Below, piece after piece: positions 1 through 23,858 of a stretch of DNA of 64,000 bases. The notes below the pieces were generated by a model that ran no database searches, was not told the DNA's origin, and saw only the letters and a list, made by a program, of their open reading frames with translations. Location of the stretch: positions 4,402,001 through 4,466,000 of the forward strand of contig CM035362.1 in NCBI GenBank assembly GCA_020137815.1, in the 5' to 3' direction. Position numbers and translations under genes: made by a program. Source of the DNA: Hormiphora californensis. Taxonomy: Eukaryota > Animalia > Ctenophora. How positions within the stretch are numbered: position 1 is the stretch's first letter; each line of letters starts with the position of its first letter.

Positions 1-184
1 GTGAAGGACCCCCGCGGGTAGGGCAATATTGAAGACGTAGGAGGCCAGAACATTCTTACTCCGAGCTGTTGGGAGAATTCCAAACTTCCCACAAAGATAA
101 CCACCTGCAGAGAAAACACTGTCAGAGCATTAGCAGTGGAAACAGCGACGGTTAGGCAGCAGGGGAAGTATAGATGATAGGCAT
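1..184 (-). CDS. N-terminus of an auxin-efflux-carrier/PIN-like (Mem_trans) membrane protein, GPR155/LYCHOS-like; runs off the left edge; frame errors near the start
   Basis: Minus strand reads ...AGGYLCGKFGILPTARSKNVLASYVFNIALPAGVLH, matching the GY..G...I......L..FV...ALPA pattern of TM1-TM2 of GPR155/AEC transporters. ATG at 184 with a pyrimidine-rich CAG acceptor at 209-208. Small indels are needed to join the ATG to the conserved frame. Confidence 0.55.
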
Positions 185-594
185 GGCGACGTGCGGTACT
201 GTACGGGCTGGTATAGTAGGGGAAGTTGGCTTAAGAGCAGACCAGTAGGGGTAGAAGAGGAGTCGTAGAGGGGTAGTTGAGGGGTAGTTGAGGGTAAAAG
301 ATGGGTTGAGTTGAGGGGTAGAAGATGGGTAGAACTCTACCCATCTTCTAGAAGAACTTACACAGTATCAGAAGGGTGGTGGTAAGGAAGTATGGGTAGA
401 AACTGAGGCAGGCAGTTTGCACCAGGCAGGAAGAGTTTTGTATGGATTGTCCGTCAGTACAGATTATCCCCAAATTGTGGTGGGCTAAAACAGGAAAAAG
501 CTTAATAAATTAGCGATACTTTAGAGATAGTACATTTATAGGTTGAATAGATGGACAAAAAAGTGGATCCTTCCTCTTACCCATTAAATATTTC

Positions 595-1368
595 AATCAA
601 GAACAAAGATAAAAAGACACGAACACGACAAGCAGAGGAAGTAAAGAAAGCTGCTTGACAGTAGGTAACTTGATAGTATTAGTGCATTTGTAGCAGGTTT
701 TATCTGAGCTAGTTCATCTCGCTTCACTCATTATTTTATCTGAGGTATAGAAAGGGGAAACTCTAACTGAATGGCATCCCATTAATGGGATCCCATCAAC
801 AGTAAAACTCTCACTGATAATGGACCACAGTGATGGTTCTTTCTCGGTATACAGACTAGTTCATCTCGATTCATTGTCACATACATAGTTACCACCCAGT
901 TGCAATGTCATCAAGTATCAACTGTGGGAACGAAGAGGGTCACCACTCACCCGGTGGAGCTGCGTGGCTTGTCAAAACCCATTCATACTATTATAAGAGG
1001 GGCACCCTGCTAGTGCGTCTATAATATGTCTATAGTACGTCTCCCACAAATCATGATTTGCTATAATAGGTCCTTGGAGTTGCCTCTAATCTATCCAATT
1101 AACATGACACACAACAGAAAGCTGCACACGACAGAACGAAATCTGATCAACCCAGGTCGGAACCCTGAAGAGTCGTTGATGGCTGCGCGCACAGTCCTGG
1201 AAACAAGCGAAGTGCCGACACTGGTGATACTTTATCACAGGCGACACCTCGCGCGTTACATAAAGTCGCTGTAATTTGTGTGTCTTGGTACGGAATTGGG
1301 ACAAATTGATAAACGACAAACTTTCCAATGGTGTGGAAAAGTAAAACAAATAAATAGAATTGCCACAT
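595..1368 (-). CDS. Putative small secreted/GPI-type Cys-containing protein gene, ~3 exons, frame-disrupted in this assembly
   Basis: ATG 1368 gives a signal-peptide-like MWQFYLFVLLFHTIG. Cys-rich segments occur in alternating frames. GTGAGT donor at ~951, CACAG acceptor at ~922, second intron ~812-740, hydrophobic C-terminus near 600-690. No family recognised. Confidence 0.3.
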
Positions 1369-1518
1369 AAAAACTTCAGCTGGCCCAAAAATTGTCTGAA
1401 TTTCTTACAGTTCAGCTCTGCAATAGTCATTGGCTTTCTGAGCAGATTATAAAAAACTGTCCGATTTTCTCTGAGAGATTTGCTTTTTACAATCTAAGTC
1501 CCCTCTCTCTCTTTCTTC

Positions 1519-3829
1519 TCACATATCATAGTCATCAATATCCATCGGTTCCCGTTTTCTCTTCCCGTACACATTCCCAGAATAGTGTTGGGGTTGAAAA
1601 CCAACGTTATCAGTTGTAGTGGTCTGGAATTGTGATGCGAATGTTGTGTAGGGGTTGTTAACGGATGCTGGTGCTGGGGGCATTGGAAATTGGGGCGCTG
1701 ACTGGGGTGCTGCTGGTGCCATATCCTGGAATGGGGGGAGGGGGGGGGGGTGGTTAGAACTTGTGAAATATCAAGGTTTAGAGTTGCATCTTCCGAGAAA
1801 GGACCATTAGAACTTGTGAAATATCAGGGGGGGGGGGTTAGAACTTGTGAGGAGAGAGTTCTCAGTATCAAAAATCCGATGAAAACTCTCAGTTGGTTTT
1901 TAAAACTCCAATTATTTTGGTATCAATATCAAAAATCACTTACCCTAACACCATAAGTTGCCATTGTGCTTCCCCTAAAACTTGGCACGGGATCAACCCG
2001 TTGTGTGGGTCGGATGTTTATAGTCGCATTGGTGAGACAGTGTCGATCTGGTGGCAGTCGAACACCACAGCGACTTTCAGGAATAGGTGGTAGAGGCAGG
2101 CGGTTTTTCTCTCGACCTAGCTGTAGTAGAAACTGTGGGAGAGAGAGAGGGATGTTAGTTGGAGATGTCTTGAGATGTGTTCATAATATTCAAGGAACAT
2201 TTGTGCCATCAAGTTCTGGCTCCAGTGGGGGTTACACAACCTCAAAACAAACGTTATAAAACCTCACACAAGACCAAAACAAACCTCACACGACCTCACA
2301 CAACCTCAAAAAACACACCTCATACAACCTCACACAACCTCAAAAAACACACACCTCTTTACTAGGTAGGGAATCATGTGTCTTATCAAGGGTAAGATTG
2401 ACAGCCAATGTAAGATCGTCCAAATCAACAGATTTCTTGTTTGCGTGTTCCGAGTATACTTTGGCATCCTCTAATACGGTGTGGAGGTACACTGAGGAAG
2501 GGAGGGTGGGATAGAGACAGCGATTGTTTAATTATTCTAAATTGGGCAGGTCGGTAGAACTTCGACAGAATTTAGGGCAGGTCAATTTAGGGCAGGTCTG
2601 AATTTAGGGCAGGTCTGAATTTAGGGCAGATCAATTTAGGGCAGGTCTGAATTTAGGGCAGGTCAATTTAGGGCAGGTCTGAATACTAAGCATGTGAATG
2701 TGATTCGGGGAAGCTTATTAGCGGTGTGAGACGATACGAGGTATGGACCATGATTCGGGGAAGTCAATCAGGAGTGTTAGACGATATGAGACACGATTCG
2801 GTGAAGGTTTCTATCGCTTTCCATCCCTATAAGACCCTATCCCCCTCTCTGTTCGCTCTGTCTCTCTTTAAATTTCTCTCGCTTTCTCTGAGAGAGAAAG
2901 AGAGATACCCTTAACTTTTTAACTGCTGGGAAAGGTCGTAAAAATTGTAGATGTAGGCGGCTCTTTTTACCGAGAGAGAAAAGACAATGTTAATTAGCCA
3001 TGTGAAATGCATGGAGCTCCATGGAGGATATCTTCTTGACCTCCTGACCACAAGTCCTCCACCACCGCCACCTACTTCCGATCCGGTTTCTATAACTAGA
3101 TCATCGACCTGAACGAAACGACCGAGAGCTGCCTACATCTACCTGCTGGGAAAGCGCCGAAACCCATTTCCACGGAGGAGCTGTCTCAACTCTCGGTAAA
3201 AAGTTGAGGGTTTCTCTCTTTCTCCATGTCTCTCTTTCTCCCTCATAGAAAGTGAAAGAGAAAGTGAGAGAAAGAATGAGAGACATAGCGAACAGAGAGG
3301 GGGATAATAATAATGATAAAAATGATATTAGCGCTTGTATACCGCCTGTACACCACTACACCATGGGTACAGTCTACAAAGGTAGGGCTATCCCATGTTG
3401 CATAGAAACCTTCACCGAATCGTGTCTCATATCTTCTAACACTCCTGATTGGCTTCCCCGAATTATGTTCCAGAGAGGGGGATAGGGTCTAGAGAAGGAA
3501 AGCGATAGAAACCTTCACCAAATCGTGTCTCATATCGTCTAACACTCCTGATTGGCTTCCCCGAATCATGGTCCATACCTCGTATCGTCTCACACCGCTA
3601 ATATGCTTCCCCGAATCACATTCACATGCCTAGTATTCAGACCTGCCCTAAATTCAGACCTGCCCTAAATTCAGACCTGCCCTAAATTCAGACCTGCCCT
3701 AAATTCAGACCTGCCCTAAATTCAGACCTGCCCTAAATTGACCTGCCCTAAATTCTGTCGAAGTTCTACCGACCTGCCCTAAATTGGAACAAACTTTTTG
3801 TGAGTGACAGGGAGTGAGAGAGAGTGAGA

Positions 3830-3904
<75 letters not shown>

Positions 3905-4115
3905 GTGTATTGGGAGCGAGAACTCCGAATATCGACAGCGATAACTATTATATCCATCTTACCACGAGTAGAAACAAAACTTTTCATAAGTTTTCAAACC
4001 TACCATAAGCAAAGTCCATGAGATATGCCACAGTTCCAGGTTCATACTCTGTTACACCACACTCTGCCAGAATCTCCTGTACCACCAGCTGCTCCTTGGG
4101 GACTTTCTCCGTCAT
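1519..4115 (-). CDS. TAF9: TFIID subunit 9; join complement(4004..4115,2355..2491,1944..2132,1519..1725), 214 aa
   Basis: Spliced translation [68 protein letters not shown]...[15 protein letters not shown]...[10 protein letters not shown] matches the TAF9 histone fold plus the RLPPDR motif. All introns are GT-AG with consistent phases. Confidence 0.95.
2540..3785. mobile_element. Foldback-like element in TAF9 intron 1: ~310-bp inverted arms with 17-bp subrepeats around a ~620-bp spacer
   Basis: 2540-2851 is the reverse complement of 3471-3785. Both arms carry tandem AATTTAGGGCAGGTCTG units, with a third partial copy at ~3401-3465. No clear TSD. Confidence 0.8.
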
Positions 4116-4498
4116 TTGGTGGGATCCTACATACCACTGAGCTATGAGAAATGAGAGGATTTGTTATTATAGGGGGAAGTTCTAGTTCAAAAAAAGGGGG
4201 GGGGGGGTAAGTTCCAGTTAAAATGAAAAATTGGCTTTTATTTATTTTTTTGGTGATGGGAGTCTGATACCAGAGGGGACTACTAGCAATAGAGAAAACA
4301 CTGGTTTGGTAAAAATGTAGCTCAAAAGGCTGGTCATAAGTTGCAATTAAATATTCTCAACAAAATAAAAACAAACTAACAATAATTGTTAGAAGGCTGG
4401 GTTGTCTGATTCTCACAAATATCACTCTCTTTCAGTTTTATAGCGCTCATTGCCATTGGTCCTAGACTCCATATCTTTCACGTGAAACTCTTATTCCT

Positions 4499-4690
4499 CT
4501 CAGTCACCTTTCAGTCACAACTCAGTCACATCTCAGTCACCTTTCAGTCACCTTTCAGTCACCTTTCAGTCACAACTCAGTCACATCTCAGTCATATCTC
4601 AGTCACCTCTCAGTCACCTCTCAGTCACCTTTCAGTCACCTCTCAGTCACCTCACGGTCACCTCTCAGTCACCTCTCAGTCACATCTCAG
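4499..4690. repeat. 11-bp minisatellite (TCAGTCACCTC variants) just 3' of the CD2BP2 stop
   Basis: About 17 tandem units visible directly. Confidence 0.9.
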
Positions 4691-4696
4691 AGTAGT

Positions 4697-5643
4697 TCAA
4701 TCAATATAATCATCAAATTGGATCCTCTTTGCATCATAGAACTTCTCCTTACTATCCTCCTTACAAACCATGGTTCCCGGTTTGAACACCCCCTCTTGTT
4801 GCATCCTAAACATTTCACTCGAACTGACATGGACCCTGAAGAGCAGCAGAACTACCAACCTTGTAGTACCAATTTAGCTCGGTTGTAACATTAGTGTTTG
4901 CTGTGGATTCATCTACTCGCTGCCGTTTTCGTGAGCTCCCCGGCTGTTCCGCGTCTGCGAAATATATCTGCTGATGCTTGCGTCACCTCAAAGTTCAACT
5001 TCTCCCGTGTGTCTTGTAGGAATTGTATCACGTCCTTTGTGGAGAAGGTAATCAGAAAGAACTGTTAATCTGTCCATTGCTTTTTTATCATCCTCACTCC
5101 TGCCCGGGATTGTTTGCCCCTTTTTCTTTAATTTCAATCTCTGACTGGCTGATAGTTGAGAACCACCAAGCCGCTGGAGGGCTCTTTTCACCGTTTCTTC
5201 AGGTTTCAAAATGGCAACAACTTCTTTGAGCATATCAGGTTGAGGAAACAGCATCCAGAGGATCGGGGGTGCCCTCTTTGTTGAAATCGGGAACTTTAAT
5301 TTCCTTTATTTTAGCCATATCCAAGAGTATCCAACCAACTATCTCGAATCTCCCCCTTCTGTTTATCAAAAATAAACGTCCCACTCTCATCAAAGTAGCC
5401 CTCTTCTTCCTCGTCATTCAAATTAAAGGGTGTTATCCTCTGACCATCGTCATTTCTCATCGTAGTCTCCTCGACCCCCTCAATATCCTGATCAACATCC
5501 AACTTCCCAACTTTCCTAACTTCCTCCTCCTCATCTGAATCAAGAGAGTACTTTTTGTCCGCCTCAGTGGTCTCAGTGGGAGGTTGGTTAACTGTGACAT
5601 TCTCGTTGAAGGATACCCCTCGTTTTGATCCCACAATGACCAT
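4697..5643 (-). CDS. CD2BP2: CD2BP2/U5-52K (Lin1) GYF-domain U5 snRNP protein, intronless, with five apparent +1 insertions; 313 aa after correction
   Basis: Motifs KYSLDSDEEE, RITPFNL..E.EEG.FD, IRDSWLD, ETVKRALQRLG, DRLTVLSD, QDTREKL, WYYK...LQGP and C-terminal FYDAKRIQFDDYID* follow CD2BP2 in order. 947 nt minus 5 nt gives 314 codons. Confidence 0.9.
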
Positions 5644-5945
5644 ATTAGGAGTGGTGTCTGAAGTGGGCTGGATTGTTAGAGGATAGAGGGGGAGGGGGAG
5701 ATGGGAATTATTGGACAAGAACTGGAGAATGGAGATATTAGATGGAGGGGTCTAGTGGGGGTTTAAATACAGGTATAGATCATGATACTTTGGGGGAGGA
5801 ATTTACTTTAAAATGTAGCGAAGATGGAAAAAGAGGAAGTCAACCAAAATTAAACACTGTTATTCCTACAAATCACAAAACGCTTCCAAAGTGACAAGTA
5901 ATAAATTATACAGTTCACGATATCTCTCTCTCGGCGTCTTCTTCT

Positions 5946-6204
5946 CTATTTAGCTTCCTTCTTTCCGGTAAACATTTTGTAAGCCACAAAGAGACCAATG
6001 TAAGCACTGTAAGTAGCAAATACTACATTTCGGCGTCCTGAAACAAAGGATAATATCAATTATAACGTCCAATTTCAAATCGTCAAACAATTCAAAAATT
6101 CAAAATTGATATCACGATTCTGTCTATCTCACACCCCACCTACCCTTGATGGTGACTCCGTTAAAGTTGGGGTTGACACCAGCTGGTAGAGGTACTTCAC
6201 CCAT
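5946..6204 (-). CDS. ATP5MK: ATP synthase membrane subunit K (DAPIT/USMG5); join complement(6144..6204,5946..6037), 50 aa
   Basis: MGEVPLPAGVNPNFNGVTIKGRRNVVFATYSAYIGLFVAYKMFTGKKEAK* contains the DAPIT signature FN..T..GR.N.V.ATY, one TM helix and a basic tail. Phase-1 GT-AG intron. Confidence 0.9.
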
Positions 6205-6508
6205 GGTTCACAGAGAGATAATGCTAAACAGAGAATTACGGTTTGGAAGATTAATAATGCTAAACAGAGAATTAGGGTTTGGAAGATTAATATTGTTGAT
6301 AACACTCCGAGAGAATTGGGTAACAAATTGGGGGGAAGAGGAGGGAGGCATGATTACTGGGGAAAATGAAACAAACCACCTTACTGATAAAATCTATGAA
6401 CAATAAATAAAGATTTGTACAAACTTTCAATCTCTCACGCTCTGAATATATTTACAATGCTCGGGGGAATAAATTGTTTCTCAATGAGTACATTTGTTTT
6501 TAGAACCA

Positions 6509-7010
6509 CTACAAATCCGGTTTTGGAGAGGACTTGATTGACGAAGATTCCCGTTTTAACACTGTCAAAAGATTTTGGCTACTTTCCAAGATCTTCATGT
6601 AGGCGTTTTCTGTTTCGGAGATCGTCTTGTCGTATTCGTTCCGTGCTGTGATTTTCTTTGCTAATGATTCGTTGATCTTAGCGAGTCTGAGGAAAAAGTT
6701 AGAAGTTACCGTAACGTGTTTTGTTAAATCAGTGCGGAGAGAAAAGGTCGAGCAAACCGTAACATTGTTACGAACAGGATTAGTCCCTAAAGCACTCTAA
6801 CGAACTGGCTTGTACCAGATTCCTAATTAGAACAATAGTCAGTCAAAACTACCGTTCACTGAGCATTCGAATATCATTCTGCAACTTTGATTTCTCGTCC
6901 TCTTCAGTTGATATTTCTCGTTGCAGGGCATCCCGTTTGTTGCACAGATCCTCAATACACTTCACCAGCTCATTGTTACACGTCTGAAGGACCGCCGCTT
7001 GTTGTGTCAT
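6509..7010 (-). CDS. SSNA1: SSNA1/NA14/DIP13 microtubule and centriole coiled-coil protein; join complement(6853..7010,6509..6686), 111 aa
   Basis: [33 protein letters not shown]...[48 protein letters not shown] closely follows NA14. Phase-2 GT-AG intron. Confidence 0.97.
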
Positions 7011-7359
7011 GCTGATGAAACGTGTGAGAATTTCTGGAGTCCCGAAAACGATGATAAAAGGTTCAAAGGAGCGACGGAACGCAACGAGAGAAGAAAAAAA
7101 ATGCAGAGTTTTCGATTTTTTAGAATTCCTTGGCCTTGAAAATTTTGCGCGCATTGAAGAATTGCAGCGTTAACTTAATGTATTTTGCGCGTTACATTTA
7201 AAAAGATGTAAATGCAGCGCAAAAATAAATTTGTTTTCATAAATTTTGCTTGCGAAAAAAAACCAGGTCACACAAATTTTAAAAGTTTTTAAGTTTTTTC
7301 TCTTCCACTGCTGTTTTTAGTTTAAAATAACGCCCCCTTCCTGTCTCCAATAGACCATC
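7011..7359. promoter_or_regulatory. Probable bidirectional promoter between SSNA1 and SUCLA2
   Basis: Divergent ATGs are only 349 bp apart. AT-rich, with repeated TTTTGCGCGC / GCAGCG motifs (7143-7255). Inferred from position only. Confidence 0.5.
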
Positions 7360-19954
<12,595 letters not shown>

Positions 19955-20492
19955 CATCCTTTCTACTACCTCTTCTTGTCCATACAGGGTGTCACAGAAA
20001 TATGAGACTTTCTGGACCACCCTGTATCATTGGACTTGCTTCTATCGAGGGGGATGTTATATCTCCCTCACGTGGAACTTTTGTAAATAAAACTGGGAAC
20101 TGGGAGATGTGTGTGACAACGTATGAGAGAGAGAGAGAGATGGTTGTTATGTTATAACCCTACTTTACTCTCGAAAATGGGGTCGAGCTACGCAATGGGG
20201 GAGAACGTGTGATGGTCGAAAAGCTATAATGATCAATTGTATTTGAATGATAAGAATAATAATATAGGATTTTATAACCATAGCTCCGTTCTGTTAGTTT
20301 TTAGGGGGTCACTATTATATACCTACCCCTAGTCTTCAATCTCTTTGTTTCTCTTTACTTGTGCGTTGCCCTCCCTTGGCTAATCAAATTGCTTGAATAT
20401 ATTCAAGAAACTAGCAAAATCCTCAAAAATTATTAATTAGTTCTTCTCTCTTTCTCTAGATCTTTCTACCCCCTTATATATATATCTCCCGA

Positions 20493-20632
<140 letters not shown>

Positions 20633-20781
20633 AGATCTCTCTAGCTCCTTCCTTCTATGTCTCTCCCTCTCTTTAGCTTTTCTAGCCTCTACCTGAACCT
20701 TTTTTTCAAACTAACCCACCACTTCCCCTCTAGCATGACCCATGTTAAACCAGCGTGTTCAGCTTTTCCGTAAGTCGTAAG

Positions 20782-20890
20782 CAGTAACCGACCGACACAA
20801 GTAAACAACCAATCAGAACTCGTTATTTAGGTCACGTGACTGGTTATTAGCCAATCAGGGACCAGTATTTCCTAATTCGGTCGGTTCCTG
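20782..20890. mobile_element. Family A 109-bp MITE
   Basis: Matches consensus; TSD degraded. Confidence 0.85.
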
Positions 20891-21465
20891 GTCTTTACTT
20901 CGAATGTTGTGCTATAAATTTGTCTATCATCTAGATTTGGTAACGCAATTATGCTGCATTTTCGGAAAGTGTTCGTCTAGTCATCGCGCGTCGCGGGCTG
21001 CCCCGCCAGCCCTCCAAACCCGGGTGAACAAGCTAACAATAGTGCAATTACATGCGCGCGATGTAGTATATGACTAGACGAACACGTTCCGAGAAAGGAG
21101 CATTACCCCTACATTGCGGGCACGCTAAAACGTGCCTTACTATTGCAATGCCCTATGTAGAGGGGTAATTTCGTTACCAACATCTAGATCTATTCCCTGA
21201 TGATACACAATCGAAAACCCGGTCTACTGTTCCACTTTGCGGGATGTTATTAAAAACAGAAATAAATAGCTAAATGATAGGAATATCAAGATGATGATAT
21301 CAGTTCAGTTGACAGATATTCTAATTACCAGCATTCTTGGTAAGAGTTCTCATTGGAACAACTTAGACCATAAAGGGTAGAAGAAAGCTTTTGAAGATAA
21401 GAATTTGATAGTTTTTAAGAAATGAACGAATTTTAAAAGTGGTCACATTTCTAAATTGTCTGTAT

Positions 21466-21536
21466 TATTTCCCGGTTGAAATCATCATGGCAGTGGCTAG
21501 TCTAGCCACTGCCATGATGATTTCAACCGGGAAATA
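21466..21536. repeat. Perfect 71-bp palindrome (35-bp arms, 1-nt loop), TA-flanked
   Basis: TATTTCCCGGTTGAAATCATCATGGCAGTGGCTAG-T-CTAGCCACTGCCATGATGATTTCAACCGGGAAATA. Confidence 0.9.
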
Positions 21537-22083
21537 CTACTCTAAGAGTAGTGGTTATGAGTGCCATTGATATGTCTAAAAGAGGTTAAATCTTCCTGCA
21601 TGCCTGTCTTGTTACGGTGTTGTCACTGTTGTCAGGGTGTTACCAGACAAGGGTCAAGAAGAGGCAAGCATTAGGAATGCAAAGTTTCAGAAAATACTCG
21701 TTTTGCCGCTCTAAATTCTCACACAAAAACTTATTGCTACTGCAATACCTATTACCTTATGTTATTGCTACAATCGCTTTGTCTTCTTAGCAACCTAATG
21801 AATATCGATGAATGTTGTTAGTTTTCTCTCTATTTCTTCAAAGTGAAATAACTTGGTCAAATTCGATCTTTGAGAGAAAGAATTGAACCAAGGTATCAAT
21901 ATCTTTCGATCAATGACGTCGAAAATTACATTTTCTTTGATCTATATCTATCGCTATCTATCTCTATCGCTATCTATATTTCGCTATTTCTTTCCCTCTT
22001 TGACTCTCAGACTCAGAAAAGTGATTGGTCACGATCCACTTCTATTCATGAATACCATTTTTCATCTTCTTCTTCTCTCTCTT

Positions 22084-22172
<89 letters not shown>

Positions 22173-23749
22173 CCTCCCTTTCACTCCCTCTTCCTATCGC
22201 TTTCTTGCTTGTTACTTCTTTATTGTACCTTCTACTAAAAGTTCTAGACGTATCTCTCATTCTGTCTTTCATTATTTCTCTCTCTTTCTCCCTCCCCTTC
22301 TCTCTCTCTCTCTCTTCCTCGACTTCTTCTTCTCACAACACTTGATATCTTTTTTTTCTTTCTATCTAACTTCCCCTCAAAGATCTCCTCAGACACCCTT
22401 TTTAGCTCTCTACATCTCCCTGGCCCTCCCTCTCTCTTTCTCTACATCTCTCTCTTTCTACTCTCTCTTACATCTCCTTCCTCACTCTCCCATTCTCTTC
22501 ATGTCTCTCCTAAACCAGGACCCGTAGCGCCGAGAGTTCGCCTTAGTCTCTCTAGCATCCTTACCCTCTCGCACTCTCCCTTCCGCCACCATCGGTAGCA
22601 GTCCTCCCTCCCTACTCTATCCTCCCCTCACATCACACTCCTTCCCCCCTAGCACCCCGTACATCCCCTCCTCCTCGCCCTCGCACCAAGAGAGAAGGAG
22701 AGCCCAACACCCCAAGAACCCCGACTCAACATCTCTCGGGATCGCACCAAGCATCCCCTCATACCCCTAACCCACGCCACGAAGCCCGCCCTCTCCCACC
22801 CCGAGTCATAAGACGACCCCCCCCCAAGTCACAGCCCACCGCCCACGACCCCCAGACCAGCACACTCCCCTCGAATCACCCCAAGACCCGACAACCGCAC
22901 CACCTCACCAACCAACCTCCCGACCACAATCAGCACCCTCCTACACATACAGACCCAGAAAGCCACCTACCCCTCCCCTCTGACCTCCCTCCCTCCCCTC
23001 CCTCCCTCCCTCCCTCTCTCTCCCCCTCTCTCCCTCCCTCTCCCTCTCTCTCCCCCTCTCTCTCTGCACTGTCAGGTGACACATTTCTCATCACGTGCTC
23101 CCTCCACGTGAAGTGAAACTGAGTCGTGTGTAATTTGATTTCATCTCGGCAGCTTCTAGCCTCTCACTCAACACACACAGTAGTTGCTTCGCAGAGAGAC
23201 AGGCAGTCCTTTTATACATGAATGAGTGTGTGTGTCTATATAATGTGTATTATATGGTAGTGAGGGAGGGAGAGAGAGAGAAATGTTATTTTAGACGTTT
23301 GGTGCAATCACTTGGATATTGTACATACATTACATACATTGTCACTTCAGGATTTAAAACGTACCCAATCTAGAATCTAATACATTTAAACATTTAAACT
23401 TCAGTATCTTGTTTATTCCCCGTTTATTTGTGATTCTAAACTTTAGATCTATTCTCAGTATTTTGTTGATTTGTGATTCTATTCACAGTGTTGATTTGTG
23501 ATTCTATTCTCATCATCTATAATTCCCATCAGTGTTTTGTTGATGTGTGTTTTGTCTCACTTCTTATATCGTCGCGGTATTGGCCCGCAACACTCGACAC
23601 CTCGGTTTACACACACACACTATGTGTGTTTCCTCGTATTTTCTAGAGAGATGCATCCTTGTTGAAGGTCTATTGACTACCCGCCCCTTTGCTGTTTCCT
23701 CAAGTTGGTACCATCCAGTCTGCTCATCAAGTTTGATTTTGATTTTAAG

Positions 23750-23858
23750 CAGGAACCGACCGAAACAAGTAAACAACCAATCAGAACTCGTTATTTAGGT
23801 CACGTGACTGGTTATCAGCCAATCAGGGACCAGTATTTCCTGATTCGGTCGGTTCCTG
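23750..23858. mobile_element. Family A 109-bp hAT-type MITE
   Basis: Full consensus, 14-bp TIR CAGGAACCGACCGA, perfect 8-bp TSD ATTTTAAG. Confidence 0.95.

Noticed and set aside
22520-23060. Unusual C/A-rich tract (similar garbling at ~33430-34250, ~34690-35300, ~41640-41960)
   Set aside because: The composition suggests low-coverage noisy consensus over low-complexity DNA; no interpretable structure.
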